Positions 10,101-18,346 of a DNA stretch of 64,000 nt are shown piece by piece. The DNA is taken from NCBI GenBank assembly GCA_965203055.1, contig OZ241863.1, forward strand, positions 3,584,001 through 3,648,000, given 5' to 3'. Each line of letters opens with the position of its first letter. Positions within the stretch are counted from its first letter, which is position 1. Origin of the DNA: Spirochaetia bacterium. Lineage in GTDB: Bacteria; Spirochaetota; Spirochaetia; SZUA-6; Bin103. The translations under genes and the position numbers were made by a program. The notes beneath the pieces were generated by a model. That model ran no database searches, was not told where the DNA came from, and saw only the letters and a list, made by a program, of their open reading frames with translations.

Positions 10101-12641
10101 GAACGAGCGCTCATCAGCGAAGTTCACGACGCCAGCGACTGGGTGTTCATCATCGACCGGAACATGGGCATCGAATTCTTCGATCATGGCGGCAAGCGAG
10201 ACCGTCCCGACTATCTGATCGACTATACACCGCCTATGGTGGCCGGCCACGGTCACCGTCTCATCATCAGTTCCCGGTCGATGGCCGAGCTTGAAGCGAT
10301 TCTGCGGCCGGTGCTGCAAGAGTACGGCCTCGGCGCAAGCGAACAACACGCGGTGCTCATCCTCAATCAATTGCGCTCGCTCTCCGGACGCTTGGCGCTC
10401 AAGCTGGTGTCAGCACCGACGGCGCGAGCGGAAGCACTTGGCATCGCGCTGGCGCGTCTATTCCTCGAATACCAGGGCGCGTTGCGCAATCAGATAGTGG
10501 TACCGCTCGACTCACATGTAGATTTGTTCCGCACCGCGAGAGATCAGGCAGAAGCGATCGGCGATGAGATAACGCTGCGCCGCACCGATCTTGCCCTGTT
10601 TGACCTCGACTTCGCGCAGCGGACGGTCTCGTGCAATCTGGTGGAGGTCAAGTGCTATGCGCGGCGCCTCAGCTTGGGAGGATACGCACAACTCAAGGAT
10701 CACATCGCGGAGCAGCTCAACCAAAGCGAGCGTATTGTCCAGCGGCACTTCGATCCTCATGGAACCAGGCCGGATCGCCCCGACCGCCTGCTCAAGACGC
10801 GTGAGCTCGTCACGTTGCTGGAGTTCTATCTGGAACGCAGTCTCCGATATGGGCTGATGGATGCGGACGCCGGAAACGAGGCGCGAGCGTTGCTTCACCG
10901 GCTGGAGGAGGGGTACACACTTCAGTTCTCGCGGAGCGGCCTGGTATTCGACTTCGACCAGCCCGGAACCAGCTCCTCGGAACACGAAGCGGGCATCGAT
11001 TATTACCGCGTCGGCAGTGATCTGATTCGCAGCCTCGTGTGTCGCGCGACGGCGATGAGGCCACAGTCGCCGGCGACTGAATCCGATAGTGACAGCGATG
11101 CTCACGAACATGTCCACGAAGATGCGGTAGGATCGCAGACCATCCCGCGATTAGATGGCGCCGCCTTTCTGGTACGGGACCGTCTGCGCTCGACGACCGA
11201 CTTGGAGACTGAGTTGGCCGACCGTTCCGATCCGACCGACCGACCGGTACGCAACGCGGTCCCCGGCGCTCCCGATCCCGCGTCGGTACCATCCAGCGAT
11301 GAGCCACCCGGACCGCAGAACACCAAGAAGCAGCCGTCCGCTGAAGATCAAGTTGACGATCTGCACGGACCTGAACTCACCGCCGGCGACGGTATCACGC
11401 CTGCTCCGGAGGGCGAACCCGAGTGTGACTTCACTTTAGGCGTGACAAGTGCTTCGCCGCAGTTCGGGCTGCTCGGCAAGATGGCGGGTCGCAAGGTGGC
11501 GCTGGACCTGAACCAGACCCATACGATCAGCCTGTTCGGAGTGCAAGGGGGCGGCAAGAGCTACTCGCTGGGCAGTGTCGTGGAGATGGCCTGCATGCCG
11601 ATTCCGGGAATCAACGCGCTACCCAATCCACTGGCCGGGGTCATCTTCCACTACAGTTCGACGCTCGACTACAAGCCGGAGTTCACTTCGATGGCTCTGC
11701 CCAATGCGGCAGATGCGGAGGTGGCTGCGTTGCGTACTCAATATGGCGCCGCACCTACGGCGCTGCGGGACTTGGTAATCCTTACCCCGGCGGCGAAGGT
11801 CAAGGAGCGCCGCGCGGAGCATCCGGGCATCGAAGTAATGCCGATCGCCTTTGCGGCGGCGGAGCTGAACGCGTCGCACTGGAAGTTTCTCATGGGCGCC
11901 GTCGGCAGCCAGAGCATGTACATACGCCAGATCGCTCTCATCATGAAGCGGCTGCGCGGCGAGTTGACCTTGGAAGCACTGCGCCGCGGAGTCCAGGAGT
12001 CGGCCCTCTCCGAATCCCTTAAGGAACTCGCAGGACTCCGACTCGAATTCGCCGAGGAGTATATCGACGACACCTATCGACTGACTGAGATACTACGCCC
12101 GGGACGGCTTGTGATCGTGGACCTTCGAGACGAGTTTATCGATAAAGACGAAGCACTCGGGCTGTTCGTCGTTCTCCTGCAGATGTTTGCCGACACTACC
12201 TACCAGGGCCGCCGGTTCAACAAGCTGGTCGTCTTCGACGAGGCCCACAAGTACATCGGCAGTCCCGACCTGGTTGCCGGATTGATCGAGGTCGTGCGTG
12301 AGATGCGCCACAAAGGTACGAGCATTCTGGTAGCGTCTCAGGACCCGCCGTCGGTTCCCACTTCGCTTATCGAACTGTCCACGCAGATCATCCTGCACAA
12401 ATTCAATTCTCCGGCGTGGCTGAAACACATCCAGAAGGCAAACTCGGCTCTCGACGCACTCACTCCCGCCAAGCTCGCTTCCCTGAGTCCGGGCGAAGCA
12501 TACGTTTGGAGTAGCAAAGCAACGGACGACGCGCTCGTTCGCGGAGCTGTCAAGATCCGGTGCCGGCCTCGAGTTACGCAGCACGGAGGAAGTACGAAGA
12601 CCGCCGTATCGACCGACGGTAGTGGCAGCCGAACAGAGTGA
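7188..12641 (+). CDS. mad8: MADS ATP-binding protein MAD8 (PD-(D/E)xK-like motif plus C-terminal HerA/FtsK-like ATPase)
   Basis: 1817 aa; RTDLALFD…LVEVKC nuclease-like motif; Walker A GVQGGGKS; Walker B VVFDEAH; ATGA overlap with mad7. Confidence 0.8.
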   Translation: MSARFHAPPASDLVHSLEELLVPRLAAELKAREPGHCMSVLDLDEELMVSLVKGIRRQVPTANVHVLTDTPAATDDDLYISSTKLVELRNPLPDGSLRPPLCVFLPANLRTSAEDSFGRTTFEEFPVGDVYEDLRRRLLERVPSTLQGYLRDVLQLLHKQRWRWGDTAAQVRFLLCAHKNGNDGEAFGGALYELGLVPDFKLFNDPTTAYGRVRKNYECVRGLTNGDSSILTRVLNLGLVNRGLQRRLSEYLADTGVEDPVIWTRAVVLDCKHWDLSFDKWEFTSEIAPEGITFVRVETDLPVVPDEPHENDQLLDLIGQQVLMPRERKKIGVVIEVNPHPGQVRGLHHFTVQIISQESGPVGAARRLKVWKSAKTHAAVSLLKLNSVDFEEGWHLVRVLPWTADGDPIPIEAPSQTGKGANESEPFFVLPNADLEEDPPQRAVPTADSVEHARLDRQFAALAQNRESAEIAPHSVGWTERSTKRLAAARRTIEVKFGKEGAFQIPISGWPKNIEQRILETPERPVNWRMQVHGGEPHEPTADIGEWNESAAARGFLDARSNYFRCVTQDASNLVSQGLDVLRNAASILAYAASYIDLLKDLASKVERQNADQQTMIRSLREALAVDTVRLVIDDYRGQPREAALVAPTHPLRALWQLAWAQLGADWVRKADKSPREHLAPSRAALLHGLSSVNFPAMLPVTDGRVFTAVDNIHRFWPLYAPAGADDPRGLIGDVCAALGMPEPSIGGAAITGDILASRIERYLVQHPYVRTLVLNVFNAGRASVLSDALVVLQRQETFHDLSYDVRLFVPDPNAPGVGESIDALLTGEAAASQEFAIPARSHIFPKLTVAVRSTADFQAEPERFRSHISMLFDLFPPEEVAAGPPLRTETTVALHGLVQDFTIRFHDDDSGIGWERQPRHGTPAPIDRGEEASLLLVELSALISAATATVARSTPDFSARPIIRLELRPAERALISEVHDASDWVFIIDRNMGIEFFDHGGKRDRPDYLIDYTPPMVAGHGHRLIISSRSMAELEAILRPVLQEYGLGASEQHAVLILNQLRSLSGRLALKLVSAPTARAEALGIALARLFLEYQGALRNQIVVPLDSHVDLFRTARDQAEAIGDEITLRRTDLALFDLDFAQRTVSCNLVEVKCYARRLSLGGYAQLKDHIAEQLNQSERIVQRHFDPHGTRPDRPDRLLKTRELVTLLEFYLERSLRYGLMDADAGNEARALLHRLEEGYTLQFSRSGLVFDFDQPGTSSSEHEAGIDYYRVGSDLIRSLVCRATAMRPQSPATESDSDSDAHEHVHEDAVGSQTIPRLDGAAFLVRDRLRSTTDLETELADRSDPTDRPVRNAVPGAPDPASVPSSDEPPGPQNTKKQPSAEDQVDDLHGPELTAGDGITPAPEGEPECDFTLGVTSASPQFGLLGKMAGRKVALDLNQTHTISLFGVQGGGKSYSLGSVVEMACMPIPGINALPNPLAGVIFHYSSTLDYKPEFTSMALPNAADAEVAALRTQYGAAPTALRDLVILTPAAKVKERRAEHPGIEVMPIAFAAAELNASHWKFLMGAVGSQSMYIRQIALIMKRLRGELTLEALRRGVQESALSESLKELAGLRLEFAEEYIDDTYRLTEILRPGRLVIVDLRDEFIDKDEALGLFVVLLQMFADTTYQGRRFNKLVVFDEAHKYIGSPDLVAGLIEVVREMRHKGTSILVASQDPPSVPTSLIELSTQIILHKFNSPAWLKHIQKANSALDALTPAKLASLSPGEAYVWSSKATDDALVRGAVKIRCRPRVTQHGGSTKTAVSTDGSGSRTE

Positions 12642-12704
12642 GTCCCAACTATCCGGCGCCTGCCGTGGACATTGGAGGCGGTAGCGGGCTACTCTGGGGG
12701 TGGC

Positions 12705-13541
12705 ATGTTGACGGCAGAGCAGGTGGCGGCGTATCGGGACGACGGCTATCTTCGGGTGTCCGGCATCTTCACGGCGGAGGAGCTGGCGGAGCTGGAGCGG
12801 GAGATGGACGCGATCATCGACGAGTGGTGGGGGGAGGAGAGCATCGGCTGGAAGGGGCCGTGGCGCGACCACTACCTGCCGGCGGGCGAACAGGAGAATA
12901 CCCGCGCGGTGTTCATCGGCAACCCGCAGTTCTACTCGGCGGCCTGGGGGCGGATCATCTTCCACCGGCGGCTCACCGAGTGCGTGCGCGCCCTGGTCGG
13001 CTCCCCGGCGCAGTGGCATGGCACCATCCTGCACGCCAAGCCGCCGGAGCGCGGCACCCCGTTTCCGATGCATCAGGACTACCCGTTCTATCCCCACGAC
13101 GGGCCCGACTTCGTCGATTGTCTGCTGCACCTGGACGACGCCCCGGAGGCCAGCGGCTGTCTGCAAGTCGTTCCCGGCAGCCACCGGGAAGGCCCGCTGG
13201 AGCACGTCACCGGCGATCACACCCGCCCCTACCTGCCGCCCGAGAAGTACCATCCCGACAAGACGCCGTCGCTGGCGGTGCCGGCCAAGGCCGGGGACGT
13301 GGTGTTCTTCAGCTACCTGACGATCCACTGGTCGGCCATGAACCGCACCGACCGCTGGCGCCGCTCGGTGCGCATCGGCTATCACAACGCCGCCATGCGG
13401 CCCACCTTCGTGAAGCCGACCGATCCCTACGACAACCTCGTGGTGGCCGGTCTGAAGCGCCGCGGACAGCAGCCGCGCATCACCTACAAGGTGACCGGTC
13501 AGGGCCAGGAGCAGCACCTCAAGCAGCCGGTCCGCTCATAG
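12705..13541 (+). CDS. Phytanoyl-CoA dioxygenase (PhyH) family Fe(II)/2OG oxygenase
   Basis: MLTAEQVAAYRDDGYL start, HQD iron motif, GCLQVVPGSH, distal His in TIHWS. Confidence 0.9.
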   Translation: MLTAEQVAAYRDDGYLRVSGIFTAEELAELEREMDAIIDEWWGEESIGWKGPWRDHYLPAGEQENTRAVFIGNPQFYSAAWGRIIFHRRLTECVRALVGSPAQWHGTILHAKPPERGTPFPMHQDYPFYPHDGPDFVDCLLHLDDAPEASGCLQVVPGSHREGPLEHVTGDHTRPYLPPEKYHPDKTPSLAVPAKAGDVVFFSYLTIHWSAMNRTDRWRRSVRIGYHNAAMRPTFVKPTDPYDNLVVAGLKRRGQQPRITYKVTGQGQEQHLKQPVRS

Positions 13542-13564
13542 CGCGGTGCCGGCGCTGCGCCGGG

Positions 13565-14536
13565 TCAGCGAACTTTCAGCACCACCTTGCCGATGTTGCG
13601 GTAGTCGGCCACCAGGGCATGGGCCTGCTCCGCCTGCTGCACGGGCAGGACCGTGTGGATGACCGGGAGCAGCTCGCGCGCCGCCACCGCGGCGCCGAAG
13701 TCGCGCTGGAAGCCGGCGCTGATGGCGGCCTTCTCCTCCGCGCTGCGCGAGCGCAGCACCGAGCCGATGATCCGCTGCCGCTTGCGCATCAGGTCGCCGA
13801 TGCGCAGTTCCGCCACGTTGCCGCCCAGGGTAGCGATGCACACCAGCCGCCCGCGCGGGCGCAGGAGCCGCAGATTGCGCGCCAGATAGTCGGCGCCCAC
13901 GCAGTCCAGGATCACGTCCACCCCGCCGGCGGCCGCGGCGATCACCTGCGCCCAATCCTCGGTGGCATGGTTCGCCGTTACCTGCGCGCCGAGCTCGCGG
14001 CAGGCCGCCAGCTTGGCCGCCGAGCGCGCCGTCACGCACACGGTGGCGCCGGCGCGGCGGGCGAGTTGTATGGCGGCGGTGCCGACGCCGCTGGCGCCGC
14101 CGTGAACGAGCACCGTCTCTCCGGCGGCCAGCCCCGCTTCCATGAACAAGTTGACGTAGGCGGTGAGAAATACCTCCGGCAGCCCGCCTCCCTCGACGAA
14201 GCTCAACGCCTCCGGCAGCGGCATCAGATAGCGCGGGTCGGCGGCCACCGCTTCGGCGTAGCCGCCGCCGGGCAGAATCGAGCAGACCCGATCTCCGGCG
14301 GCGAAGCCCGCGGCGCACGGCCCGGCTGACGCGACCACGCCGGCCATTTCCAGTCCCAGCCAGGGCGGCGCTCCGGGCGGCGGGTCGTAGCCGCCGCGGC
14401 GTTGCAGCAGGTCGGCCCGGTTTACCGCGGTGGCGTGGATCCGTACCAGCGCCTCGTGCGGCTGCGGCTGCGGGTCGGCCACCCGGCGCCACTCCAGCGG
14501 CGCGCCCGCTCCATCTCCTACGACGATGGCATACAC
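13565..14536 (-). CDS. NAD(P)H-quinone oxidoreductase (PIG3/zeta-crystallin family)
   Basis: VNRADLLQRRGGY, GLEMAG, VLVHGGASGVG, NIGKVVL. Likely GTG start at 14536. Confidence 0.9.
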   Translation of the reverse strand: MYAIVVGDGAGAPLEWRRVADPQPQPHEALVRIHATAVNRADLLQRRGGYDPPPGAPPWLGLEMAGVVASAGPCAAGFAAGDRVCSILPGGGYAEAVAADPRYLMPLPEALSFVEGGGLPEVFLTAYVNLFMEAGLAAGETVLVHGGASGVGTAAIQLARRAGATVCVTARSAAKLAACRELGAQVTANHATEDWAQVIAAAAGGVDVILDCVGADYLARNLRLLRPRGRLVCIATLGGNVAELRIGDLMRKRQRIIGSVLRSRSAEEKAAISAGFQRDFGAAVAARELLPVIHTVLPVQQAEQAHALVADYRNIGKVVLKVR

Positions 14537-14597
14537 CGCGCCACCATAGCATGGCGCGCGCCGCGGCGGCGCGCCTTTCGCTATATTAGTCGGCAGC

Positions 14598-15632
14598 ATG
14601 CGTATCGTGGGACGCAGCCTGCCGGTCCTGGCCGCGGCGTTGCTCGTCGGCGCCGGGCTGATTGCGCACGCCACTCAGCTCCTGCCGGCCGCACTGCGGC
14701 GCGCCGCCGCGCTCTGGCGCCCGACCAGCACGGTCATGCTGCGCGGCGCTGGGGCGCCGTGGCGGGTCGGGATCCAGATCGGGCATCTGGATTCGGCCGA
14801 ACTGCCGCCGGAACTGTCCCGCCTGCGCACCTCCACCGGAGCCTACGCCGCCGGCGTCGCCGAGGTGGAAATCAACGTGGCGGTAGCGCGCGCCGCGGCG
14901 GTGCTGCTGGAGGCGGAGGGAGTCGAGGTCGAGCTGTTGCCGGCGACCATTCCCCCCGGCTTCGACGCCGACGCCTTCGTGGCGGTGCACGCCGACGGCA
15001 ACCGCAGTGCGGCGGCGCGCGGCTACAAGGTCTCGCCGCCGTGGCGCGCGTCGCCCGCGTCCCGCCTGCTGGTGGCCGCGCTGCACGACCACTACGGGCA
15101 GGCAACCGAGCTGCCGGTGGACCTGAACGGCGTCACCTACAACATGCGCGGCTACTACGCCTTCAGCAGCTACCGCTACCGGCACGCCATCGCCGACACT
15201 ACGCCGGCGGCGATCCTGGAGCTGGGCTACGTCAGCAACGCCGAGGACCGCGCGTTCCTGCTCGCCCACCCCGAGGCGGCGGCGCAGGGGCTGGCCGCCG
15301 GGGTCCTCGCCTACCTGCAGCGCCGCAACCCGTTCGACCGCTGGGAGACGCTGCCGCCGCTGGTGCCGATCATCCTGCGGGCGCCGCCCGGCGGAGTGGC
15401 GCTGTACGCCTCCCGCGACCGGCGCTCGACGGTGCGCAATCATCTGCGGCCCGGCGAACTGCTGGTCGCCACCGGCGAGGTGGACGGCTGGTTCGACGTC
15501 CGCGTACGCGGCAGCTACCGCAGCTTCGGCTGGGTGAACGCGGCCGACCTCAAGACGCCGCGGGCGGAGTCTCGGCCGGGCGCGGCGCCGGAGCAGTCCG
15601 CGGCGGCAGCGCCCATGCGCGACCCGGGATGA
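14598..15632 (+). CDS. N-acetylmuramoyl-L-alanine amidase (Amidase_3) with C-terminal SH3-like domain
   Basis: N-terminal hydrophobic segment, IQIGH, E.EIN, AVHAD, AAILELGY, and GWV near the C-terminus. Confidence 0.8.
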   Translation: MRIVGRSLPVLAAALLVGAGLIAHATQLLPAALRRAAALWRPTSTVMLRGAGAPWRVGIQIGHLDSAELPPELSRLRTSTGAYAAGVAEVEINVAVARAAAVLLEAEGVEVELLPATIPPGFDADAFVAVHADGNRSAAARGYKVSPPWRASPASRLLVAALHDHYGQATELPVDLNGVTYNMRGYYAFSSYRYRHAIADTTPAAILELGYVSNAEDRAFLLAHPEAAAQGLAAGVLAYLQRRNPFDRWETLPPLVPIILRAPPGGVALYASRDRRSTVRNHLRPGELLVATGEVDGWFDVRVRGSYRSFGWVNAADLKTPRAESRPGAAPEQSAAAAPMRDPG

Positions 15633-15699
15633 CGCCCGCCGCCGGGCCGGAGCACGCAATGCGCGTTGAGAGAGCACGCGCAGCGCGGCGCCGGGGCCG

Positions 15700-16668
15700 G
15701 TGAACGCCCCGGTCCGGGGCATCGCGCCGGCCATGCCGGCGGTAGCAGGCCGCGCCCTACCCCGGGTACCGCGTGATCCGAACGCGGTCGAGGAGTGGCT
15801 GCAAGCCTCGGAAGCGGCGGTCGCGGCCGCCGCCCGGCGTCCCATCACGGCAGGCACCGAGAAGCTCGTCGCGTGGAGCGGCGGCGCGCCGCGGCGCACC
15901 GACCTGGCCCTGGTGTACATCCACGGCTACACCGGCTGCCGGCAGTCGCTGGCGCCGGCACCGGAGCAGGCGGCGGCGCGCCTGGAGGCCAACATCTTTC
16001 TTACCCGGCTGGCCGGCGGCGGCCTGGGAGCGGATGCGATCGGCGCCGTAACCTTGGCCGACTGGCAGCGCGACGTGGTGGAGGCGGGCCGCGTCGGCGC
16101 CGTCATCGGGCGGCGGACAGTAGTCTTGGGAATGTCCACCGGCTGCCCGCTGGCCGCCTGGTGGGTGGCCCGGCATCCCGAAACCGCGGCGCTGGTGATG
16201 CTGTCGCCCAACTTCTGGCCGCGCAACCGCGGCGTGAGCCTGCTGTTGACCCCCGCCGGCCCCCTGCTGGCGCGCCTGCTGGTGGGCCGCTACCGCGATC
16301 TCTCGGGGAACGACGAGCAGGAGGACCGCTATTGGACCACGCGCCACCACTCCCGCTCGCTGGTGCCGATGATGCAGGCGGTGCGCCTGGGGCTCCGCAC
16401 CCCCCTGGAGCAGATTCACTGCCCGGTACTGGTGATCTACACCGAACAGGACCGCGTGGTGTCGGTAGCTGCGATCAAGCGCGCCTACGAACGGGTCGGC
16501 AGCACCCGCAAGCACCTGCTGGAGCTTCCCGGCGCGCACCACCATGAACTTGCCGGAACGATCCAGGATCCGGCTACGGTACCGGCTCTCACCGACCTCA
16601 TCACCCGGTTCCTGCAAGACGAGCTGATTCGCCGGCCGGCGCCGGCGGACCGCGCCAAGCCAGGCTAG
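15700..16668 (+). CDS. Alpha/beta hydrolase (esterase/lysophospholipase-like)
   Basis: YIHGYT, GMSTG nucleophile elbow, DRVV, HHEL. Start uncertain. Confidence 0.85.
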   Translation: MNAPVRGIAPAMPAVAGRALPRVPRDPNAVEEWLQASEAAVAAAARRPITAGTEKLVAWSGGAPRRTDLALVYIHGYTGCRQSLAPAPEQAAARLEANIFLTRLAGGGLGADAIGAVTLADWQRDVVEAGRVGAVIGRRTVVLGMSTGCPLAAWWVARHPETAALVMLSPNFWPRNRGVSLLLTPAGPLLARLLVGRYRDLSGNDEQEDRYWTTRHHSRSLVPMMQAVRLGLRTPLEQIHCPVLVIYTEQDRVVSVAAIKRAYERVGSTRKHLLELPGAHHHELAGTIQDPATVPALTDLITRFLQDELIRRPAPADRAKPG

Positions 16669-18017
16669 GGCGTGGCTGCCGGCCGGTCCTCCCGCTCCGG
16701 CAGGACCCCGCCGGCCACTTCATCGGTCAATGTATCGGCCACTGCAGCCCTGCCGTTTCCGCCGCTCCCGGCCAGCGGTTGGGCGCGGCCGCTCGCCAGC
16801 AGGGCCGCGATCTCCCGCTCCGCGTGACCGCGCGGCGAGTCGGTCACCAGCGCCAGCAGCCGGCGCAACTCGGCGCGGTCCTCCAGCCGCGCCAGCGCGG
16901 GCGCCGTTTGCTTCAGGCTCCGAAACCCGCGCTTCACGTTGAGGCGCAGGCCCGGCGTACGGCTGCTGCCGCGGATGCCGCTCTCCAGGGAACGCAGGTG
17001 GTAGTAGGCGGCATCGAGGTCGGCGCAAATGCCCCGCCCCGCGGCGCGGCGGGTAATCTCGTCCTTGATCAGCTCCTGCATGCGGTCCAGGTTGGTGCCG
17101 CTGCGGTAGGTCACCCGCAACGGCACGCTCACCAGCGCTTCGCCGTCTGCCGTGTAGCCGCTCAGCCACTGGGTGTAGAAGCCGTGCTCCACCACGATCG
17201 GCGTGGAGCGGGGAATGAAGCGCATGCGCCGCAGTTCCTCGACGTGGCCGGTCAGGCGCGCGATCTCCCGCTGCAACCGGGCGTCTCCCGGCGCCTCCTC
17301 CAGCCGGCGCCGCAGGGGCGGCAGGAGCTCCTCCTCGAACAGCCGGATCGCCTGCGACAGCGGCAGCCTGATGCGGCTCGCCGCGACCAGTTCCTGGTCC
17401 GCCGGGTCCTCGATGCCGCAGGGTGGAGCAGCAACCTGACTGCCGGCGCGCAACAGCGCCGCCAGCGCCCGGGCCGGCCGCTGCAGCGGGCGCGGCAGCC
17501 GGTCGGGACGGAACCCTCCCAGCGGCGCCCAGGTGTCGTCGCGCGCGGCGTGCTTGCGGAGGGCGCGCACCACGATGCGGGCCAGCGTGCGCGAGGTCGC
17601 CGCCGGAGTCGCCTCCGGTTCGAACAGCGCGCCGCCGCCGCGCAGCAGCAGTTGCTGAAACAACTCCTGCGCCCGCAGATAGCCGGCGTCGCTGGTGATC
17701 AGCTCGTGCTGATCGACCGATATGCCCGCCGCCAGCAGTTCCTCCAGCAGCGCCAGACCGGCGCCGGCGCAGTCGCGGGCACGGCGGTACAGGCGCGGCG
17801 CCGGCGTGCCGCTGGCGCGCAGTCCGTCGAGGATGCGCAGCGCCAGCGAGAAGCGCGTAGCGACCAGCCCGAACACGTCGTCCAGGTTCTTCAGACCGGC
17901 GAAGCGGTGCTCATCATCCGCCACGCGCGCGGCGAGGCGGGCTTCCTCCCGTTCGAGGCGGCGAATCTCCGCGCTCCAGGACCCCTCCAGACCGCGGGCG
18001 GCGGCAAGCTCCTCCAC
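16665..18017 (-). CDS. Hypothetical protein
   Basis: Long ORF with host-like codon usage filling the gap between convergent and divergent genes. Start uncertain (GTG 18017 or TTG 18095). Confidence 0.6.
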   Translation of the reverse strand: MEELAAARGLEGSWSAEIRRLEREEARLAARVADDEHRFAGLKNLDDVFGLVATRFSLALRILDGLRASGTPAPRLYRRARDCAGAGLALLEELLAAGISVDQHELITSDAGYLRAQELFQQLLLRGGGALFEPEATPAATSRTLARIVVRALRKHAARDDTWAPLGGFRPDRLPRPLQRPARALAALLRAGSQVAAPPCGIEDPADQELVAASRIRLPLSQAIRLFEEELLPPLRRRLEEAPGDARLQREIARLTGHVEELRRMRFIPRSTPIVVEHGFYTQWLSGYTADGEALVSVPLRVTYRSGTNLDRMQELIKDEITRRAAGRGICADLDAAYYHLRSLESGIRGSSRTPGLRLNVKRGFRSLKQTAPALARLEDRAELRRLLALVTDSPRGHAEREIAALLASGRAQPLAGSGGNGRAAVADTLTDEVAGGVLPEREDRPAATP

Positions 18018-18094
18018 CCGGCTACCGTGCGGCCGCAGCCGGCGGCCGTCAACCGCCTGCCCGGTCCGCGGCCACGGTATGATATTGTGGTGCA

Positions 18095-18331
18095 ATGGCG
18101 GTTCGAATCTACTCCACCCCTACCTGCACGTTCTGCGATCAGCTCAAGAGCTACCTGCGCGAGCGCAGCGTGAAGTTCGTGGACTACGACGTATCGCGCG
18201 ACGAGCGCAAGGCGGGCGAGATGCTGCACAAGTCGCGCCAGACCGCGGTGCCGGTGCTGGACTTCCACGGCACCATCGTGGTCGGCTTCGACAAGCCCCG
18301 GGTCGACCGGCTCATCGCCAAGTACCGCTGA
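18095..18331 (+). CDS. Glutaredoxin / NrdH-like redoxin
   Basis: YSTPTCTFC (CxxC), cis-Pro AVPV, VGFD. Confidence 0.9.
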   Translation: MAVRIYSTPTCTFCDQLKSYLRERSVKFVDYDVSRDERKAGEMLHKSRQTAVPVLDFHGTIVVGFDKPRVDRLIAKYR

Positions 18332-18346
18332 GGGGTCACATCCGGG

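Noticed and set aside
12638..14329. 563-aa ORF overlapping the mad8 stop, as a possible extra MADS gene
   Set aside because: Arg/Gly/Ala-rich off-frame overlap of the PhyH and quinone oxidoreductase genes.
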